This document shows, one piece after another, positions 56,204-64,000 of a DNA stretch of 64,000 bases; position 1 is the stretch's first letter; each line of letters starts with the position of its first letter. The DNA comes from the human T2T-CHM13v2.0 reference genome, Homo sapiens. The translations under genes were made by a program, and so were the position numbers. Location of the stretch: assembly GCF_009914755.1 (NCBI RefSeq), contig NC_060931.1, one strand, 5' to 3'. Under the pieces are notes generated by a model that did not search any database, was not told where the DNA came from, and was given only the letters and a program-made list of their open reading frames with translations.

Positions 56204-57904
56204 AAGGTGCATGTTGGTGTAAACTGCAGAACATCAGAGCCAAAGCAATAACTCAAAAAGCAATACAGAGAAAAAGCAGATAATCTCCTCCTTCTCCCCA
56301 AAGATAATGATCAGGATGACAGCAGATTTCTCTTTAAGTAAAAATAAATTTCAGAAGACGACAAAACACTTGTTTCAAAGTGCTGGGAGAAAACAGCTGG
56401 TGACAACTAAATAATCGTTCCAGGATAACTACAAATAAATACTTTCTTTTTTTTAAAAAAAAGAACTGAGCAAGTGTAACATTGTTGATAGGAAGTTACA
56501 AGATGATGTACTTCAGTTAGATGGAAATTAGCCCTAAAGTGAAAAAGCAGAATGCAAAAACAGCTAGCAAGCAAATAAATCTTGGAATATATTGGTAAGG
56601 CTAAAAAATATTGATGAAAAATATGTGTTTATGTGTGTAAAATTATAATGCAGAGTGTGTTTAAAGCCAGTCTTTCTGCCATGGGAGATACTGCCTTCCC
56701 AGGGCTGCTGCGGTGATGGCCGTCATTCACTTTTGCTTTCTAGGAACCTGGGAACATTTCTCTGATGCCAACAACCATGGATGTCTGGCATTATTTTCTG
56801 CCCTAATGATGAAATTAAATGATGTTTAATTTTGTAATTATTACCAAATAACATACGATATATTACAGCAGTGCCTCATGGAAAACCTGTTCCCCGAGGA
56901 TGAGTTTAAGAATAACTTATTTTGAGTTTAAATATGAGTTTAAGAATAACTTATTTTGGGCTCATTAAGCACTTGGGGCAGTTCCAGGGGATTTTGAGGC
57001 ACAGCTTGTGACCAGCAGTAAATCAGTGGCTAGGTCAAATGAGAGAGTTTAAAGAAATCCAACTAATTTATAAGAAGATACCAATTTGAGTAAAATGACG
57101 GTATTTAATTTTAAATTTTCTTTAGAAGTTATAGGAGAAAACAAAACTAATGGTAATAATAACTATAAATGAATGTTCATTGGAACTCTGCTTAAATTTA
57201 TTTGGATTTACTTTAGGAAACTTCTGGTTTCACTCCAAAGCTACTGGAATGTCAGGCATTTACAGAAAATCTTCACAGAAGCAGCTTACAGATGTGGGTT
57301 CTCAGCTCATTGCCTGCACGTCCCATCGAAAATGGATCCAGATACTGGAAACAAGACACGTGAAAAGAATAAAAATGAGCAGAAAACAGTGTTATCCAGG
57401 CAGTATTGCATAAGGCTTTGAGTTAAATCAATTGGTACACATCAATAACCTCCACTTTTACCCTTAACATTACCGAATTTATACACTCATTACACATTGC
57501 CAAAATGTGTGTAAAATCTGCTGTTCAAAGATAAGAAAAGTGCATCCTAGATGAACCCTAGCTTCAAGCTAAACTCTGACCTCTAGTTTGGAAGATCTAA
57601 GGAGGCAATAAGAATGGGACCACCAGTTACATTGCCCAAATCAGTCACTGGTGTGAAGTGAAAGGGCTCATCTTTCTTTACAAAAGGGCACTATAAAACC
57701 TGAGCTTTGGTAATAGCATAGGTCCTTGGACACACGCCTCTTCCCCAGTCAACCCTGCAGGGGGATGACCAATATCATTTTAATCTCTATTCTCATATGC
57801 TAATTTTCTGTGACCATTAGGACTGACTTCAGTATGCATGGTGTGAACATCACTAGTATGTTACAAATACAGACTAGTAACTCTGAAAAAGCAAAAACTA
57901 TGTT

Positions 57905-58330
57905 TTCTTTCATTTAGTCATTCACGTAAAAGGTCTTCATTAAAAATCTACACTATGGAAGTAACTGTTCTTAATGTTGTTGATACAGAAGTATATGAAA
58001 CAATATATCTGATCTCATAGAGAATTTATAATTTATTTTTATATTTATATATTAAATTTAATTTGCATTGCAATGGGTGATGATAAATACAATGAGGGAA
58101 AGACACTTAAGGAAACAGAATAAGCAGGGAGTGATAATTACATAGACTGACTAGGTAAGGCCTCTCTAAATGTGACATATGGAGAAGAGAAATTAATGAA
58201 AAGAGGAAGCAGCAAAGATGTCTTAGAGGAAAGGGTTTAAAGCAGCAGGAGAATAGGTGCAAAGACTTGGAAATGGAGTAAGATGACTTGTTAATAAATA
58301 GCAAATGGTCTGGAAAATACACCTGACTTA
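57905..58330 (-). mobile_element. L2 fragment
   Basis: 'aaggcctctctaaatgtgacatatggagaagaga...gcagcaggagaataggtgcaaagacttgga'. Confidence 0.55.
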
Positions 58331-58359
58331 AATAAGAATAATAGCAAGGAGTTTTTTTA

Positions 58360-58670
<311 letters not shown>

Positions 58671-59179
58671 GCATAACAACGTTTATACAAAAAAAGAAAG
58701 GATATTAAAATGATATGCACACAAAACCTACCTAAGAAACAAGAAAGATGATAAAAGCATATGTTAGGGTTAGAAAGATTGGAGATTATGAAATTATACT
58801 AAAATCTTTGAAAAAGATACAAAAAAAACAAAGAAACTTGGAATAACATAAAAAATAATTTCATAAAATACAGAAAATAGAACAAATAAACCCTTGAATA
58901 ATGTCATAAGACTTAGTGGAAATAAAATGTGGAGGGGAAAGGACAATTTTAAAAGTAAAAAAGAAAAAATTCAAAAAGAAAGGAGGACTACTGATTATGG
59001 CTACATGAGACTGATGATTTCTCTAGCCTCAAAAACTCAACTTGAAAAAATTTTAAAAATAAATAAATAAAACCTTTCAGCATTATTCTGGATATTAACC
59101 AAAGACAAACAAATTCTAAAATTTTGGTAACTACAGAAATCTTTTCTGGTAAAAACTTTCCAAATTTTTGATACAAAAT

Positions 59180-59722
59180 TCAAGTCCACTAATTTGTTAG
59201 AATGACTCACAAAACTCAGGAAAGTGCTATAATTATGCTTATTATTTTATTTAAAGAACACAACTCAGAAACAGCAAAAAGAGAAATTCACTGGGCAAGG
59301 GCTTAGGGGGACAGAGAACAGTGTACAGAACTTGTTTGCCCTCTCCTCATGGAGTCCAGGTGCATCACCCTCCCAGCATATCAATGTATTCACCAACCAG
59401 GAAGCTCCTCCAAGCCTCAGTGTCCAGATATTTTACTGGGGTTTCACTAGGTAGCCATGATTGTTTAAATCACTGGTCACATAATTCAACTCAAACTCCA
59501 GTCTCATTCTTGTCCATGGAAATTGGGGTGGCTCAAAATTCCAGTCCTCTAATGATGTGGTTGATTTTTCTGGTGTGCAGCCACATCCTGAAGCTTTTCA
59601 GGGCTAAGTCACTTCATTAGCATAACAAAGACACTTCTGTGACTTGGGAATCCCCAAGGGCTTTTGGTGATCTGTGTCAGGAACCAGGGACAAAGGCCAG
59701 ATATATTCTGCATAATATCACA
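59180..59722 (-). mobile_element. MER21-like LTR fragment
   Basis: 'aatttgttagaatgactcacaaaactcaggaaag...caccaaccaggaagctc...tgtgtcaggaaccagggacaaaggccagatatatt...atatcaca'. Confidence 0.7.
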
Positions 59723-60184
59723 AATATATGTAGTAATACCACAATGGAAGATAAAAAACTGGAACTGTATTAAAGTTTCTTTATTCTATCAGAATTAGGT
59801 TAGTATTAATTGGAGGTCAATTATAAGATGTTAGGATTCATATTGTTATGCCAGAGCTACCTCTAAGAAAATAATTTAAACATATGGAAATATAGTTTTA
59901 AAAAGAAAAGATTAAAATAGTACATTAAAAATTATATAACACAAAAGAAACCTCAAAAAGGAGAAACAGAAACAAATATAGACACAGAAAACAAATAGTA
60001 AAATGGAAAATGTAAATCTAACCACGTTAACATTTACATTGAATGTGAACAATCAAACACAGGGAATAGGCAGAGATTTTCAGACTCAATGAAAAAAATG
60101 AGAACATTCAACTCTATGCTGTTTTCGAGAGACAGACCATAGATGCAAGAATGCAAGTTTGAAAGTAAAAAGATGGAAATAAAT
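59723..60184 (+). mobile_element. Old L1M fragment (inter-ORF/ORF2 start)
   Basis: 'ttacattgaatgtgaac...ggcagagattttcagact...caactctatgctgttttcgagagac'. Confidence 0.6.
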
Positions 60185-60520
60185 TGTAGGCTGAAAAACG
60201 GCCACCCAACAAAATTAGGTAGTGATCCCTGGAACCTGTAGATATTACTTTATAAGGAAAAGAGTCTTTGCAGGTGCAATTAAATTAAGGATCTTCAGGT
60301 GGGGGGTTATCCTGTATTTTTCAAGTGAGTACTAAATTCAATCATGAATGCCCTTACAAGAGGGACATAATCTTCTGTGTATAATTTGTGTATAGTATAC
60401 ATGTATTCCATGTATAAATTCTTTCTACATATAAGAGATATGCAGAGAAAGATTATGCAAAGAAGAAGAGGAGCAATGTGAACAAGAAGGCAGAGATTTG
60501 ACTGATATGGCCACAAAGAT
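60185..60520 (+). mobile_element. MLT1 (C/D-type) LTR 5' fragment
   Basis: 'atccctggaacctgtagatattactttataaggaaaagagtctttgcaggtgcaattaaattaaggatctt'. Confidence 0.75.
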
Positions 60521-60531
60521 TGTAAAACAGG

Positions 60532-60602
60532 GATGATGGTTGATTTGGGGTGTCAACTTGACCTGATTAAGGGATATCCAAATAGCTGGTAAAGCATTAT
60601 TT
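60532..60602 (+). mobile_element. MLT2B-type LTR 5' fragment
   Basis: 'tgatggttgatttggggtgtcaacttgacctgattaagggatatccaaatagctggtaaagcattatt'. Confidence 0.7.
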
Positions 60603-61068
60603 ATTTTCAATTATTGCATTAATTATTCTCAATGTTTCAGTAGTCACTGAGCCCACCTGTCTTCTGCTGAAAGGGATGTTCAGGTGGTTTGGCATTTGAT
60701 TAGAATGATTAGGCTGCTTCATCTCAGTGGACATTTGCCAGACAGGGGTTTGTCCAAGGGTTTTCTTGGGGAAGCAGAATCCCATAGATGTGTGGCTACA
60801 GAAATGTTGTTTAGATATTAGTGTTAAGTTTTGGATGTTGAGAACTGCATCCAACATGACATGACAATGAGAACTGCATCTGACATGACAACTATGTCTA
60901 ACATGACTGTTCTCCTTCCTTAAGCTGCACTTTGATGATGTCATGTTAGCAGAATTAAATGTATATAGGTGAAATAATATAACTGATGACATTAAACTGC
61001 AATTATAATGACCGATTGAGGACTGCCAGGATAATTTCTGGCCACAGCTACATACACACTTATGCATA

Positions 61069-61069
61069 C

Positions 61070-61108
<39 letters not shown>
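61069..61108. repeat. Compound (CT)n(CA)n microsatellite
   Basis: Read directly. Confidence 0.95.
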
Positions 61109-61674
61109 TTGTATTGTTACAGGCAAATGATTTAATTTCAATAAGCAATAGATTAGATATATTATCTTCTTAGAGAAAAAAAATATGCTAAAAAATTTTC
61201 TTGTGGGTCAGGGTTAGGCAGCCTGCATTTGTTGGAGGTCACACATTGAATGTTGATTGCTTCTTACTCTCCTTTGCATACCTCAAAATGTTATCCATGG
61301 ATCAATATAGAGCAGTGGAAAGCTATAGGGGCAACAGCATGTTAGTTTGCCCAGACCACCCTACCTCAGTCCCCAAAATCACCTTCTCATTTCTACAGTT
61401 TATCAAGTCTTAGGTTTTAATCATGAATTAAAGGAAACAGAAATATTTTCAGAATATCTCTGCATTTTCTATAAAAGCTGCTGATATGGGTATTTTCTAT
61501 TGAGAGCTCATTCTCCTGTAACTTCAACTAAACACCAAGAACAACATAATTTCTATTTCTTCTGCTTTGGGCTTGTCTGTTGTCTGCTTGAATTGTCAAC
61601 ACTTCTATGTTTAGTCTCAAAGGCTTTCCTTAGCTTGCATTTTAAAATCATAATCACAGAAGAAAAATGGCAGC

Positions 61675-61890
61675 ATAGTAAGAGCCCACATTTGTTGAGC
61701 GTTCAATTTGTACCAGGCACTGCCCATATCTAAACCTTTCACCAATCCTTGGAGATATCTGCTGGTGTTATCACCACTGTATGGGTATAGAAACTCACAC
61801 TGAGGGTTGATAAGCAATTTGTCAAAAATCACACAGCAAGTAGGTGGGGAAGTCTGTATTTTAATCTACATTCTCAAGTTCCACTGCACC
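61675..61890 (-). mobile_element. MIR
   Basis: 'catttgttgagcgttcaatttgtaccaggcactg...taagcaatttgtcaaaaatcacacagcaagtaggtgg'. Confidence 0.7.
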
Positions 61891-62059
61891 ACCTCCTGCT
61901 CATTTGCAACCATGCAATAACTATTCAGGTTTTATTACATATACTTTTTTGTAATGGTAATGTGTGGTAATTGGTAAAAATCATATCTCCCATTCTCATG
62001 CTTTGACCATTCTTTGTATTTATCCTTATAATCCAGCAGAAGAAGCAATGGCCTTACAG

Positions 62060-62330
62060 TGAGGCCACACAGAAGCAAGGTAACCACATGGTGAAGGAAG
62101 GTGACTCTATCTGTGGACCAGTTCCCAGAGCATGGCCTTGATCCTATGGGCCAGGGCAGCCATGGGGCTTTTTTCATTAGAGGAAGGAATGGTCAGATTT
62201 ACAATTTGCATAAGTTTCTTCAGCTACTCAGCATGGGATGGATGTATGGGTCCAAGCTTGAAAGCAGGAAGCCTAGTTTGGAGGCTCCTCAAATAGTACA
62301 ATGAGAAGAAATCTGAGCTGGAGTTAGTAT
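62060..62330 (-). mobile_element. L2 fragment
   Basis: 'ttgatcctatgggccagggcagccatgggg...atggtcagatttacaattt...gaaagcaggaagcctagtttggaggct'. Confidence 0.55.
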
Positions 62331-64000
62331 CCTAAGAAGCCTTTGAATGTGGGAGGCAGAGAATATATACACCCATTCCAAGCTAAAATGCTTATAAATT
62401 TGTATCACTGAGAGAGACCTTGAGAAGTGTTGAAACTGGCAGAGACTTCTTGTTCAAATCTCTCACTTTATGGATGACATTCAGAGACAGGAAGATAATT
62501 TCCACTGATGTGTCAGTTGCCTTTGGAAATGAAGCCTCAAGGAAAGAAGCTCATTGTGCAATTGGATAATATAATGAGGGCTGTGGATTTATAATTGAGC
62601 AACAAAAGCAGAAACAGGAAGAAACATCATGTTTCTAAATTAAAAGGTCTGTTTGGAAAAAAATTAAGTTTTGGTCCTGACAATTTCTATAATTGTGCTA
62701 AAACCTTCTTAAGCATTTGTGATTCAGCATTCTTTTAGTTACAGTTGAACATCAAAAAAAAAAGTCCCTCTAATATATTTTAGGCAGATATTTCTTTCAA
62801 ATGACACTGTGACAGACCTTTTTAAACACTGTGTATTGTACAATAAATGCTTGGCAGATTAGCAATTTGTTGTAAGGAAGAATGTTTAGAGAGCAGTTTA
62901 ATAATATTAAACTTTGTGAACTTTATTTTGTTTACTGATCACTCATGTTAACAGATTAAAACATGCAACCATCAGGCACTATTAAAACGCTGGATACAAG
63001 TTGGTTGATACATATTTTTAAGGATAGATGACTATTCCTTTGACAGATTTTTATAATATTTTTGCTGCAGCATCAAATTGTTTTGAGAAAGACTACCCCT
63101 GGCACAGGAAAACATGAAACTATTTCAAAGTATATTGAATGTCCTGCTTGTTTCCTTACTATATAACTATGGAGATGATAGTTACACTGAATTTTAAGGG
63201 AAGGAAAGCAACCAGTTAACCAAAGAATAAGTGCAAATCTATTTCAGCAAAGGAGAAATAGGTTGCCTTTTTTCTGACATGGATACTGCTTTAAAACTTT
63301 CTTAATGGCAATACTTGGATTCACAGAATCAGAGTCTCAAAATGGACAACCAACTTCAGAAGATATTTAACCTTGTTTTTTGTAACTTTCCTAATATAAA
63401 ATCTCCCATCTTTTTACATATTTCCACTAATCGTAACAATTTTGTCACTGAGTATAGATATGAGTAAGAAACTTCTAGAGAATTGTCTCAGGTAGCACAT
63501 GAAATTATACCTATCTGCCATTCATGACTAAAAATGAAATAATCTTAACATTGAAGGGATATTAATGAGGATCTCACCCCCCATGCATCTTAATAATTAG
63601 AACTTACTTCCACAACATTCCTTATAGATTTGTTGAGAGCTATTGTCTGTGTATACCATTCAATCTTCCCCAAACCATGGAAGTGCTTGCCATAATTTAT
63701 ATTTCAAAGATAATTTTCTTTTAGTTACAGCTGAACATCAAAGAAAAAATTCCTCTGATATGTTTCAGGCATACTAAGAAACTTGCCTCAAAATACACAG
63801 GCAAATGGTGGTACAGCCAGATTGCAAATGCTGGCGTTTCACCTCTAAAGTCTGCACTGGTTTCTCCCATGTGGCCAGGTCACTGGAACACATATCTGCC
63901 TGCTGTGGGAGACTGCATTTCCCACCGTTGTAGAGGTGCCCACTGAGATGAACGCTACCTTGTCCAAAGGATGTTGTGGTAAGAGACTGCACTTCAGAGT

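Noticed and set aside
60597-61148. Longest ORF (183 aa)
   Set aside because: Non-ATG start and runs through (CA)/(CT) microsatellite and short repeats.

Overview
Primate (very likely human) non-coding genomic DNA. It is AT-rich, CpG-depleted and dominated by interspersed repeats. I recognise no intact protein-coding gene, tRNA, rRNA or CRISPR array, and I could not assign the locus. The largest structure is a near-complete, ancient ERV-L provirus on the minus strand (~5273-11862). It has two MLT2 LTRs and decayed gag, protease, RT, integrase and dUTPase frames, and no env. Other elements are MaLR LTRs (THE1 x4, MLT1), ERV LTRs (LTR47-, MER4-, LTR40-, MER21-like, MLT2), several old L1s (including a near full-length L1MC carrying nested insertions), about 13 Alu pieces, MIR/L2 relics and DNA-transposon fossils (MER47, MER58, Arthur1, palindromic MER53). 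Unique sequence holds several small duplications and inverted repeats, a perfect extended YY1 motif and two weak candidate exon clusters. Repeat names come from my recall of consensus sequences, not from a database search, so subfamily calls and many boundaries are approximate. I found no convincing evidence of an undescribed biological system; the findings below are modest leads.
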